This document shows, piece after piece, positions 37,771-46,688 of a stretch of 64,000 bases of DNA. Under the pieces are notes generated by a model, which saw nothing but the letters and a program-made list of their open reading frames with translations, was not told the origin of the DNA and made no database searches. Origin of the DNA: a virus. Position numbers and translations under genes: made by a program. Positions within the stretch are counted from its first letter, which is position 1. The number at the start of each line of letters is the position of its first letter. The DNA lies in the IMG/VR virus record IMGVR_UViG_2842357229_000002, positions 300-64,299 of that record. One strand, written 5' to 3'.

Positions 37771-38712
37771 TTATGCGTACATCGGTTTTTTTCTATCCCT
37801 TATAGCAACTAGGATTTCAGCCAGATCGACTAGCGCTTCCTTGCCGGCCGCTATCGCAGATCCTTCGTTGTGACCTAGCAAAAGGCCGATCGACTTGAGA
37901 GTGCCGCGAGCCGCAACCTCTTCGATAACGGCGGTAGCGCTGCTCGTAGGCGCATCAGGCTGCTCCCACATGACTGCGCCACTGGACGAGTTGCCGGATG
38001 GGTTGGTTACTCCACCAAGGAAGCCGGCGCCTTCGGCTACGGCTTGCGGGCAGAAGGTGACGCCATTGATCTTGGCCGCTGGCACGCTGCCATCGACGCC
38101 AAGATAGCAAAGTATGGCTCTTGCCGCCTCCACACCGGGAAGAGGATCGTACATCGACGACAAGGCAGGCTCGCCAGACAGCGGTCGATGGTAGTGCTCT
38201 GCGGCCATGGGCGAAGGCGTGGTGGCCTTTGTGGCAAGGTAGAAGAGCGGCGAGCGAGTCTTGTTCTCTTTGCTTTCCGTGCTTCGCGGCCTGTCTGTCG
38301 GCTTGAGCTTCTTGCCCTTCTTGGTCGTTCCCCATTCGATTAGGCGACCACTCAGGAACCGCAGTGCGCCGATTGATACGCGGCGCTCGGTTTCATAACT
38401 TGGCGGTACCGGGTTGCCGTCCGCATCGTGTGATGCCTTCATCAGTTCGCCGATGGTAGGGCGAATCTCTTGCCGTGTCGGTTCGACGTCTACGAACCAG
38501 TTAGCTGGCTGGCGTGGCAGTGCGTCGGCGAACGCTTGCGCCAGATCGGGGCGGTTGTCCCATAGCCACCGCAGTGCGGGAAGCGTGCCGCGGTAATGTG
38601 GCTCTCTCGGCTTGCGTTGCGGATTGTTACGTTGCGGGTTGTTGTCGTTTGCGGCGATTGGCCGCTCTTTGATGGCGATTAGCTGCTCGGCAAGCGACCC
38701 ATGTCTGGCCAT
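37771..38712 (-). CDS. Hypothetical protein in the late-regulator position
   Basis: 313 aa immediately upstream of the late leader; own operator-promoter at 38766-38794. Confidence 0.7.
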   Translation of the reverse strand: MARHGSLAEQLIAIKERPIAANDNNPQRNNPQRKPREPHYRGTLPALRWLWDNRPDLAQAFADALPRQPANWFVDVEPTRQEIRPTIGELMKASHDADGNPVPPSYETERRVSIGALRFLSGRLIEWGTTKKGKKLKPTDRPRSTESKENKTRSPLFYLATKATTPSPMAAEHYHRPLSGEPALSSMYDPLPGVEAARAILCYLGVDGSVPAAKINGVTFCPQAVAEGAGFLGGVTNPSGNSSSGAVMWEQPDAPTSSATAVIEEVAARGTLKSIGLLLGHNEGSAIAAGKEALVDLAEILVAIRDRKKPMYA

Positions 38713-38765
38713 TTCGTCCCCTCGACTGTGGTGGTGTGGCGCGTAGCGCCGTGGTGGTATCGTAG

Positions 38766-38794
38766 ATATTGCTGTAAAGTTACAAATTTGTCAA
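38766..38794 (-). promoter_or_regulatory. Promoter with ACAAATTTGT operator
   Basis: TTGACA-N17-CAATAT; palindrome at 38782-38791. Confidence 0.7.
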
Positions 38795-38800
38795 GGCGCG

Positions 38801-38836
38801 AAAAAGGCCGCACTAGCGGGGTAGCTAGGCGGCCTT
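38801..38836 (-). terminator. Intrinsic terminator
   Basis: AAGGCCGC...GCGGCCTTTTT. Confidence 0.6.
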
Positions 38837-38865
38837 GGTGGGCGGGTGGGGGTTGGTTGGAGCAA

Positions 38866-39063
38866 TTAAAGGATTTCGATCTGGTTGCGCGGCACTTCTG
38901 AAAGAGAAGTAAGTGCCTCTTTCATCGTGTCGAATCCCTCGCAGGAAAAACAATCGTTGTTCTCGTCCAGAATAAGGACGGTGAAGGGCTTATCGAAAAG
39001 GGTGTCCCGAAAAGCATATTCTGCTTCCGTTGCTTCCGATGCGCCTACGATAAAGCGTTCCAT
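38866..39063 (-). CDS. Small acidic protein in its own transcription unit
   Basis: GAGGAGAC RBS, upstream operator-promoter, downstream terminator. Confidence 0.6.
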   Translation of the reverse strand: MERFIVGASEATEAEYAFRDTLFDKPFTVLILDENNDCFSCEGFDTMKEALTSLSEVPRNQIEIL

Positions 39064-39102
39064 CTCTCGTCTCCTCAGTGTGGTGCGTTTCGGTATATTG
39101 GC

Positions 39103-39131
39103 TTTCTACGTGCATTCAACAAATTTGTCAA
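39103..39131 (-). promoter_or_regulatory. Promoter with ACAAATTTGT operator
   Basis: TTGACA-N17-TAGAAA; palindrome at 39119-39128. Confidence 0.65.
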
Positions 39132-39181
39132 CACCCAGAAGGAAAATGCCCGCAAACTTGCGAATGCGGGCAATCCGTAAT

Positions 39182-40216
39182 TTATGCCAGCATCCATACA
39201 TTGCCGATGGCGGAGAACACCTCTTTGAATTTCTGCGGATTGTCGCCGAAGTAAAAGAACGATTGGCCCATAGCCGGGCTGTTTCCTTGCCGCGTGGGCG
39301 ACTCGAAGCGAATGCGTCCCGTTGTCGTGCACATGCGGGTGCATGCGTCCTGCATTGATCTGTGCCAGCCGGTGTCGGCGCTGTTGTTAGTGAGGACGAT
39401 TGCCTCTGTAACGCGACCTGACCGATACTCGGCTATAACCTTGTCGGCGAACTGCTGCACCTCTGGATTCGAATACGGAGGGTTCATCCAGACCTTGCCA
39501 AGCCATTCCTTGTCGAGACCGTTAGTTTCTTCCGTGTAGTAGGTGCTGGCCCTGACTGTGCGCTGTGCCGTCGGGTTGCTGGCCGGGTCTGTGTCGATGC
39601 TGCCCATAACTTCTCGGGCCATGTCGACGTACCGTGCCGGGGTGTACCACTCGTTGTCGCCAGAGAAGGACGATAGGCGGGTATTGATTTCTCGTGAGAG
39701 CGCGTGGCGTGTTGGCTCCTTGCCGTCCGCTATGATGTCAGCGAGAGCATCCTTTACGGCATACGGATCTTCATTGAGGATATTTCTAAGCTTTCGAGCA
39801 TCATGAACCGCATTTGCACTGAGTCCAGTATCGGTAATCCTTGCCGGCTTAAGTCCGTTATCATCGAAACCGACTTTTGGCCTTCCCGTCCTAACACCGA
39901 CTTCCCCGCGCGCTTGCGCCGCATCCAACTCATCTGCAAAGCGACGCTTCGCCATTGCCTCGATTTCAAGAGCGTCAGCTTGCGCACGATAGACTGCCCC
40001 GATTACGTCGTCATACGCGCCCTTGGCTTTAGCGAAACGCGCGGCTGCCTTGGCTGCATCGTAGGCCAAACCCGCAGACGCCTTCGCCTCCAGCACTTCA
40101 GCAGCAGTCGTGGCCGCCGCCAACTGCGCGGCAGCCTTGCGCACCAATTCAGGCAATCCTGCGATGTCGCCGCTGACCACCACATCGTTCGAAACCCTTA
40201 ACGCAACCGCATTCAT
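39182..40216 (-). CDS. Phage N6-adenine DNA methyltransferase (Dam-like) with N-terminal helical domain
   Basis: NEWYTP, DTDPAS, VWMNPPYS, GRIRF. Confidence 0.85.
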   Translation of the reverse strand: MNAVALRVSNDVVVSGDIAGLPELVRKAAAQLAAATTAAEVLEAKASAGLAYDAAKAAARFAKAKGAYDDVIGAVYRAQADALEIEAMAKRRFADELDAAQARGEVGVRTGRPKVGFDDNGLKPARITDTGLSANAVHDARKLRNILNEDPYAVKDALADIIADGKEPTRHALSREINTRLSSFSGDNEWYTPARYVDMAREVMGSIDTDPASNPTAQRTVRASTYYTEETNGLDKEWLGKVWMNPPYSNPEVQQFADKVIAEYRSGRVTEAIVLTNNSADTGWHRSMQDACTRMCTTTGRIRFESPTRQGNSPAMGQSFFYFGDNPQKFKEVFSAIGNVWMLA

Positions 40217-40635
40217 GCTGCCACCCGCATCAGCCCATCGTTGTCATTCGCCACTTCGAAGAATTTTTCAGCCGACACTTCGGCGCCAGTCTTCTTTTCG
40301 CGAATCCACAGGTTTTCTGGGTTGATATCGAGGTGGTCGCCGTTGAATGGGAATACGTCGTATGCCGCTGGAACGGGACGATGGTATGTTAGGAACAGAC
40401 TGATGCGGTGGGCCATTTTCGATGCGTGAACCCGCGTTGGCTTGGCGAAATTGCTGGTTTCCTTGCTTACCAGTTCGAACTCGCCGTAGAAGTATTTTTC
40501 ACAATCTACGGTGTTGTGATTTGTGTTTTTCTGACCTGTCCAAATCCACTTGCCATCCGGCTGCTTGGAAACGTTCCTCCAGAACGTGCCATCATGTCCC
40601 GATCTCATGTCGATCTGCTTTTGTGTAAGTGGCAT
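40213..40635 (-). CDS. Degenerate HNH-like protein
   Basis: FWRNV..Q.DG.WIWTG...AHRIS...NGDHLDINPENLW; the usual HxC metal ligands are missing. Confidence 0.6.
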   Translation of the reverse strand: MPLTQKQIDMRSGHDGTFWRNVSKQPDGKWIWTGQKNTNHNTVDCEKYFYGEFELVSKETSNFAKPTRVHASKMAHRISLFLTYHRPVPAAYDVFPFNGDHLDINPENLWIREKKTGAEVSAEKFFEVANDNDGLMRVAA

Positions 40636-40673
40636 CTAAGTCTCCTCTTGTGGTGTGGTGATTTGGTAGACGG

Positions 40674-40702
40674 ACCTTGGTGTAAACATACAAATTTGTC
40701 AA
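40674..40702 (-). promoter_or_regulatory. Promoter with ACAAATTTGT operator
   Basis: TTGACA at 40702-40697; palindrome at 40690-40699. Confidence 0.65.
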
Positions 40703-40845
40703 GACTGATCGCGCAACTGTTCCTTGAGGCGCTTTATGATCTCCAACTGATCGGACCAGAACCGACGGTCAACTGCCCGCCGGGCGTGATAATGGAAGGC
40801 ACGCTGACAGACCTTTTCGATTTCGGCGAGTTGTTCTGGCGTCAT
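40699..40845 (-). CDS. Hypothetical 48-aa protein
   Basis: ATGA overlap with VRR-NUC; MTPEQLAEIEKVC. Confidence 0.5.
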   Translation of the reverse strand: MTPEQLAEIEKVCQRAFHYHARRAVDRRFWSDQLEIIKRLKEQLRDQS

Positions 40846-41306
40846 TGGTTCAGCCAGGCGCGTACAAGCTTCACAGCGCTGATGGCCGCTTCGGCGCATG
40901 CGTCTGCCCGTACGACTTCGATTGCGTGCCCTAGCCGCGCCAGGGCGGCGTGGCGGTCGATCTGCGCCGGCGACAGCCTGCCTTTGCCCACCTTGTTCTC
41001 GATCATGCGCAGCTGGCCGCCAGCGAGGTAAATCCGGAGATCGGCTTCTCCTGGCGTCATGCCGGCAGCCGTGGCTTCCATCTGGGCGCGTGGGCCGCGC
41101 TTGGCGCTGTTCTGGTCGCCAGCCAGCAGGAACTGCTTGCCGTACTCAGGCATGGCTCGCAGGGCGCGCACCTGGGCCGCCTGCAATTCCCATTCCTTCG
41201 GGGCGGCATCGGTCACCTTCACGCTCGTGCCGGTCGCCGTAACGCGGGCGACGATGCGAACGCGCTTTCCTGCAATGCGGGTGGTCTGTGTGTTGGTCTT
41301 GGCCAT
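40842..41306 (-). CDS. VRR-NUC domain nuclease
   Basis: GMTPGEADL...IENKVGKGRLSPAQ..RH..L..LGH. Confidence 0.85.
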   Translation of the reverse strand: MAKTNTQTTRIAGKRVRIVARVTATGTSVKVTDAAPKEWELQAAQVRALRAMPEYGKQFLLAGDQNSAKRGPRAQMEATAAGMTPGEADLRIYLAGGQLRMIENKVGKGRLSPAQIDRHAALARLGHAIEVVRADACAEAAISAVKLVRAWLNQ

Positions 41307-41366
41307 GTCGGTCTCCTGTGGTGGTGTGGTGGTGGGTTTCTCTATTTTCTCTACAAATCACTTCAA

Positions 41367-41747
41367 GGACAAAACACCGGGACAACACCCACCCCTAAAG
41401 GGGTGTGGGGTTTTTGTCCCGCTAGATGTTCGGTTAAATAATTAGCGGGACAAAGCGGGACAAGCGGGACAAAACACCTTGTAAGTCATTGATTTTGCTA
41501 TGGGACAAAATGGGACAAAAAATAAATCTTGTCCCGCTGCCTATTTTTTAGCCGGACAAAACGCCGGGACAAGCCGATATTTTTCGTCCTTCTTGTCCTT
41601 ATAGGTTGTAACAACCTATGCACGCGAAGTTTTTGTCCCGCTGTTTTGTCCCGCTTGTCCTTTTCGGCACTTAAACCATTGATAAATAACCGGGACAAAA
41701 TGGGACAAGCGGGACAAAACGAAAATAAGGCAATTTCTTGCCTTATT
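41367..41747. repeat. Iteron-like GGGACAA array, probable phage replication origin
   Basis: 14 exact GGGACAA/TTGTCCC copies in both orientations, AT-rich spacers and two long palindromes, directly 3' of the primase-helicase. Confidence 0.7.
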
Positions 41748-41760
41748 GTATCAGGTTGTA

Positions 41761-43890
41761 CTACGATGGCCAAAACCAGAGGCCAATGTTGTTCACATGG
41801 CCGTCCTCGACGAGCGCTTTTGGCGCGCGCTGGAACTGCTTCCGTGCGGTCTCGGCGGCGCCGGTATTCGCCATGTCACGGCTGGCGTAGAACTCATTGC
41901 GCCACGTCTGCTCGTCGACCACGAGAATATCTTCGGGGAAAGCGCTGCCGCCCGGCTCAATCCCGTTCTTCTCTAGTGCGCTACGCAATGCCTTGAGCAC
42001 GTCACCCTTGAACCCCTTTAGCGTTCCACTTGTCATCTTCACGTCCTCGGCCGGCACCACGACAGGCGCCGTAGTGGGCTCGCCGTCCTCATCCGTGCCA
42101 ATCTGTACCGACTTCATGGTGAAGGCCAGAACGTCGCCTTCCTCGCCGTCGTTGGTGCCGTCGCAGACAAGTCTGTGCTTGTTGCCGTCCTTCTTGACCA
42201 TGAAGGATGCGTCGACCGCGCCATCAAGATCGATCGCGCCCTTGCCTCGCTCGCCGCTCCAGGCGCTATGGTGAATGGCTGTGACGTGCGCTTTCGTCTC
42301 CGCCAGGATCTCGTCGCACGACTGCACAAAGCGCGTCATATCCTTGCTGGCGTTCTGGTCGCCGCCACCGAAGACGCGCGTTAGTGTATCGATGATCACC
42401 CACACGCATTTCATCTCGGTTATGGTCTCGGCCTCACGGATGGCCGCAATCAGGTCGCGCGCGTCCTTTAGATCGCGAGTGAAGTCCAGCCGGCCGCCCA
42501 CCACCAAGAGCGGGACGTTGTGCACGTCATGATGCTTGCGGAAAGCCATCATACGCCGCTCCGTTAGCTTCTTGCGCTCGGCTGCAACGTAGACCACCAA
42601 ACCTTGCTTCACCTTCTTGCCGTGCCAATCCATGCCAGCGGCAATGTGGCATGCAATGTCCGTGACGATGACGCTCTTGCCTGTGCCTGGCAGACCGGAA
42701 ATCGTGGTGAATTCGCCCTCGCCGAGCCAGCCCTTGAGGATCGTCTCTTTAGGCTTTCCTTCCTCGATGGCATCAAACCACGTTAGTTCGAAACGCTCGC
42801 GTTTTTTGGGCTGGTCTGGGTGTGGCGGCTCGCTGACTGTTTCCGTTTCGGTTGCGGCGGCAGCCTTCTTGGCCTTCATATTATCGACCATCCTGGCCAC
42901 GGCCTCCGGATCGACAACAGTCGTATTGTCGTTGTCGTGGTCACGTTCCGGTATTTGCCGCGGCGAATTGGCCGTCTTGTCAAGGCCGCGCTTAATCTTG
43001 TCGAGGCACTTTCGCTCGCCATCGGTGGCGGCAAGCCCATTCGCTCGAGCGGCGTCAATAAGGCCAGCTTCCGCGTCGCTGCGGTGGATGTGGCCGGCGG
43101 CAACCAGTTCACCAATGGAACATGCGCTGGCGAACAACTGCTGGCCGCGCTGGCCTTTTGGTGCACCTGCTAGCTTATCGAGCTCCATTTCCATGGCGCG
43201 CGACGCGTACCGCGCGGATCCGGATTCCTCTGGCTGGTAGGTGTATTCGCGCTGTGTAGGAGTGACGGGTGGCGCTTCTTTTGTTTTGACAAGATCCAAA
43301 AGCCAGCCAGGTGCATCGGCAAATTCCGGCATTCCGTCGCCATCGTGGTCGATCCATTGGTAGCGCCGGCCGTCTGCCATGACGCTGCCAGGCGCCAGGA
43401 CGTAGCCCCCTTCGCCGCGGGTGTCCACGCCCGGCGCGATAGCTGCGCGATTGCGAACGCCGTCGACGTGTTTGAAAAATACGTGCGTCCCGCCATTGGC
43501 AGTCGTAGCGCGGGCTGTTTGCGGCAATGTGCCGTGAATCGCCTCCATTTCAGCAAGCCATGTATGGCCGTCTCTGTCACCGTGCCGGTCCAGATCGAGA
43601 ACCCATGCATTGAGTTTGGATCCCGTCGGTATGCCGATCGCCGCCGCCGAATAGCGTTCGCCGAACCAGATATCAATAATGCGGCTGGAGCGGGTTGCGC
43701 CCTTTAGCCCATCTGGAGTCCATGGCGCTTTTTCGACGAATTCTATGATCTCGCCGGTGGCGTGGTCGACGCCTTCACTGTTGGCTTCTCGGCACGGGAA
43801 AACGGCAACGCCCGCCGCTATGAAACCGCGGGCAACGTCTAGAGGAGAGCGTGTGGTGGGTGTTGGCACCTTGAAGTTGATTTTGGCCAT
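41761..43890 (-). CDS. Bifunctional primase/polymerase (PrimPol) fused to an AAA_25 RepA-like helicase
   Basis: VFPC, VLDLDRH, GGTHVFF, DTRGEGGYVLAPGS; GLPGTGKS, IIDTL, IHH.....RG. Confidence 0.9.
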   Translation of the reverse strand: MAKINFKVPTPTTRSPLDVARGFIAAGVAVFPCREANSEGVDHATGEIIEFVEKAPWTPDGLKGATRSSRIIDIWFGERYSAAAIGIPTGSKLNAWVLDLDRHGDRDGHTWLAEMEAIHGTLPQTARATTANGGTHVFFKHVDGVRNRAAIAPGVDTRGEGGYVLAPGSVMADGRRYQWIDHDGDGMPEFADAPGWLLDLVKTKEAPPVTPTQREYTYQPEESGSARYASRAMEMELDKLAGAPKGQRGQQLFASACSIGELVAAGHIHRSDAEAGLIDAARANGLAATDGERKCLDKIKRGLDKTANSPRQIPERDHDNDNTTVVDPEAVARMVDNMKAKKAAAATETETVSEPPHPDQPKKRERFELTWFDAIEEGKPKETILKGWLGEGEFTTISGLPGTGKSVIVTDIACHIAAGMDWHGKKVKQGLVVYVAAERKKLTERRMMAFRKHHDVHNVPLLVVGGRLDFTRDLKDARDLIAAIREAETITEMKCVWVIIDTLTRVFGGGDQNASKDMTRFVQSCDEILAETKAHVTAIHHSAWSGERGKGAIDLDGAVDASFMVKKDGNKHRLVCDGTNDGEEGDVLAFTMKSVQIGTDEDGEPTTAPVVVPAEDVKMTSGTLKGFKGDVLKALRSALEKNGIEPGGSAFPEDILVVDEQTWRNEFYASRDMANTGAAETARKQFQRAPKALVEDGHVNNIGLWFWPS

Positions 43891-44519
43891 TATGCTGCAT
43901 TCCTGATCGTCGAAATGATGAATTCGATTGCCTCGTCTGGCTCGATGGCAAACCATTCGCCGTTTCTGCGGTAGTCTCCGAAATGCGAATGCGCGGCTCT
44001 TTCGACCGCGCTTGCGTTGTTCGCATATCTCGCCATCTCCAACCGCAACGCATGCGGGCTGCCCGTCGACAACTGCGTCAGGCGCTTCTCTGGTGAGTTG
44101 GCGATTCCTATCTTACAGAGTGGCGGGTCGTTGTCGTTTGCGGAGATGACGTAGACGAAGCGACCTGCATCGTGTTTGTCACCACGCGGTGACGTCGTGG
44201 TGTGCGCCGGTTCTGGCGTTGTCTTGGAGGCGGCAATGGACGCCACCTTGTCCCACGCCCAACGATGCAGCGTCTTGGAAACGAAATCATCTGGAGTATC
44301 GATATCCATCATGCCGAGCTCGCCGAGAAGGTAATGAAGCGCGCTCTGCCCTTGCAAGTTTTTGTGGTAGTCATTGTCCAATGCGCGGATTTCCATACGG
44401 AGAATTTCGCCACCGTCATCGGCGCATAGAAAAAATGTGCTGCCTGTTTGGTCTTCAGCCACCCTAGCTTCCACAATTTCAACGCTAAGCGGGCGCCTAT
44501 TCACTTCAAGCGGCTTCAT
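43890..44519 (-). CDS. GIY-YIG (T5orf172-like) domain protein
   Basis: FVYVI...CKIGIA..PEKRL.QL.TGSP...ERAAH..F...R.NGEWF. Confidence 0.8.
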   Translation of the reverse strand: MKPLEVNRRPLSVEIVEARVAEDQTGSTFFLCADDGGEILRMEIRALDNDYHKNLQGQSALHYLLGELGMMDIDTPDDFVSKTLHRWAWDKVASIAASKTTPEPAHTTTSPRGDKHDAGRFVYVISANDNDPPLCKIGIANSPEKRLTQLSTGSPHALRLEMARYANNASAVERAAHSHFGDYRRNGEWFAIEPDEAIEFIISTIRNAA

Positions 44520-44549
44520 GCTTACACTCCTTGTTGTCGTTATCGTGTC

Positions 44550-44774
44550 TCATTGTGCCAACTCCAATCCCTTACGCACGACGATCGCCGTCTTCGTGTA
44601 GTAGACGTAGAAGTTTGGATCGCGGCCCATTAGGTCGACGAATGCAACTCCCCGCCGCACTCCTGTGTGTTCATCCGGCCCGTACTTGCCACGGAACTGA
44701 CCGGCGATATGCAGGGCATGCTGCCATTCACTGGCCGGCACGTTTACGAGTTTCAGGTCCATCAAATCCCCCAT
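44550..44774 (-). CDS. Hypothetical protein
   Basis: TGATG coupling at 44774. Confidence 0.55.
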   Translation of the reverse strand: MGDLMDLKLVNVPASEWQHALHIAGQFRGKYGPDEHTGVRRGVAFVDLMGRDPNFYVYYTKTAIVVRKGLELAQ

Positions 44775-45154
44775 CAAAACGGCGCCTCGCTTAACGCGGC
44801 ACGAAGCCCCCGCGCGCACCCTTCCCACGCCGCCTTGACCAACATGCGCTGGTCGAGCTCGTCGTAGAGTGAGAGGTCGGCGCCAAGTCCGCGTTGCACT
44901 ATCCACTCGCCCACCGCATCAACTCCAGCATCGAGGGCGGCAAGCTCGTAGTCGTCGAGCCGGCGGATTTTCTTGTAATCGTCGATCGCCACGATGCACC
45001 TCTTGCATAAATACGACGGATCTGATTTCGGGTTGCGCGAGATACCCAAGGCTTGCGCCCTCATCCCACAGACATGGCAGCAGGTTGGGTCTCCGGCGGC
45101 GTCTGCAGTCGGGGCAAAGGGAATGATTGGCTTTCCTGTCGGGATCTTCGTCAC
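44774..45154 (-). CDS. Hypothetical Cys-containing phage protein
   Basis: CHVCG...LCKRC; GTG start overlapping the upstream stop. Confidence 0.65.
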   Translation of the reverse strand: MTKIPTGKPIIPFAPTADAAGDPTCCHVCGMRAQALGISRNPKSDPSYLCKRCIVAIDDYKKIRRLDDYELAALDAGVDAVGEWIVQRGLGADLSLYDELDQRMLVKAAWEGCARGLRAALSEAPF

Positions 45155-45972
45155 GAATCTGCTCCAGCCCTTGACTTTGGGAAGTTCAAGTAACAGCGAT
45201 CTCCCCATGTTTCGTATGCTGCGGCGTCGTACGCAAAGGCGGCTTCCTCTGGCGTTAAGAACACACCAAGATGGCGCTGTTTCCTTTCATGCCTTATTGT
45301 CGCGCGCCATTTTCCGTTTCTTCCGTAAGGGCTAACTCCCTTGAAGGCACCTAGCGACGGCTTCATATGTTGGGCTTCTATGTTGCTTCGCAGGGCTGGA
45401 GGCGCCTCTGGCGCCACATCTGGAAAATTCAGATAGCAACCAACTCCCCACCACGCAAAAGCGGCAGAGTCATAGGCGCGCGCAGCCAACTCTTCCGTTT
45501 CAAAATACCCCAGATGGCGCAACTTCCCATCTATGCTGATATGCGCAATCCACTTTCCATTCCTACCGACGTATGAAACTCCCTTGTACGGTCCTTTCTT
45601 CGGCGGTGACTTACGGCTAGACGCGCTCATTTTAGCCCTACTAGAGTCTGAATACACAAAACCGCTGGACCCCTCCCCGCCCTCGGTTAAATTTACCAGT
45701 AAGCCGCCAAATTCTCGGCGCCCGTATTTAGCGATTTCGCTACGCTCAATCTCAAATGCCTCGATCTCCGTGAGACCCTCATGGAGTTTTACTATCGTCG
45801 GCTCCAATCCATCGCGCTTAATCTTGGCTACGATATTCTTGAAAATAATGCCCCTCTTCATCCTAGCGGCGCGCTTCCCCCTCCCCTTCCCGATATAGAA
45901 CGGAGTGCCACACGGCCGAAGCCAGGCGTAGACATAGAAGTCCCCAGAGATTGTGGGTGATGATTCGCTCAT
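45151..45972 (-). CDS. GIY-YIG homing endonuclease with two AP2 domains
   Basis: FYVYAW...FYIGKG..R; LVNLTEGGEG; two KGVS...W.A.I...HLG.F...AA.AYD repeats. Confidence 0.85.
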   Translation of the reverse strand: MSESSPTISGDFYVYAWLRPCGTPFYIGKGRGKRAARMKRGIIFKNIVAKIKRDGLEPTIVKLHEGLTEIEAFEIERSEIAKYGRREFGGLLVNLTEGGEGSSGFVYSDSSRAKMSASSRKSPPKKGPYKGVSYVGRNGKWIAHISIDGKLRHLGYFETEELAARAYDSAAFAWWGVGCYLNFPDVAPEAPPALRSNIEAQHMKPSLGAFKGVSPYGRNGKWRATIRHERKQRHLGVFLTPEEAAFAYDAAAYETWGDRCYLNFPKSRAGADS

Positions 45973-46547
45973 GCAGCAGCCCTCGCCATGTCATCGGCCG
46001 GTGAGTTGTCATTCGCCGCAACAAACCTATCCGTCTGATTGCCCCAAGCCGACCACCCCGGCCAACCCTGGCGCGCGAACAATTCGAGATACGGCCCGCC
46101 GACTAGCCGCTCAATACGGCCGTACTGCTCGTCAGGCTTTCGGCTATGTTCACGGCGCGGTGCGCGGATAAGCTGGCGCACACCCTTGCCGATACGAGGC
46201 GGCTTGCCGCGCTTGAACAGATGGCAGATCTCGACTTCCTGGCGCGTCCAGTAGCCCATGCCCATGCGGCCCTTGTCCCAGACGAAGGCGATAGATACCG
46301 GCGCGAAGCCCCATGCCGCAGCCACTTCGAAGGCAGGCTGCTGGAGATGCGACACCGTCCACATGAACAGAACGCAGTCGTGCGCCGCAACGTCGGAGAC
46401 GGGCAGCGCCTTGATGTCGGCTAAGCTCATGACGGAATAGGGTTGTGCGCCTCTGGCGGGGGCTACGTCTTGCTTGCCGTAGGTTCTGAACGACCATGGC
46501 GGGTCTGCCAAGACGGCGCCGAAGCGCCCATCCGGTAACGGGTTCAT
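45969..46547 (-). CDS. MT-A70 family adenine methyltransferase
   Basis: VLADPPW, LFMW, GMGYWTR, HSRKP, YLELFAR. Confidence 0.9.
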   Translation of the reverse strand: MNPLPDGRFGAVLADPPWSFRTYGKQDVAPARGAQPYSVMSLADIKALPVSDVAAHDCVLFMWTVSHLQQPAFEVAAAWGFAPVSIAFVWDKGRMGMGYWTRQEVEICHLFKRGKPPRIGKGVRQLIRAPRREHSRKPDEQYGRIERLVGGPYLELFARQGWPGWSAWGNQTDRFVAANDNSPADDMARAAA

Positions 46548-46688
46548 ATCTGTCTCCTCTTATGGTGTTTCCCTGCCGAAGCAGGACCGCGCGTTGGTGG
46601 CGCGCGGTCGTGGTGATATAGAATGCTGAACGGGACGGCGCTGGTTATGCGCTATCCTGTGTCAACTGCGCGCTAGGGCGCTGTGGGG

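Noticed and set aside
41367-41747. CRISPR array
   Set aside because: Repeats are 7 bp, in both orientations and irregularly spaced, with no unique spacers of constant length
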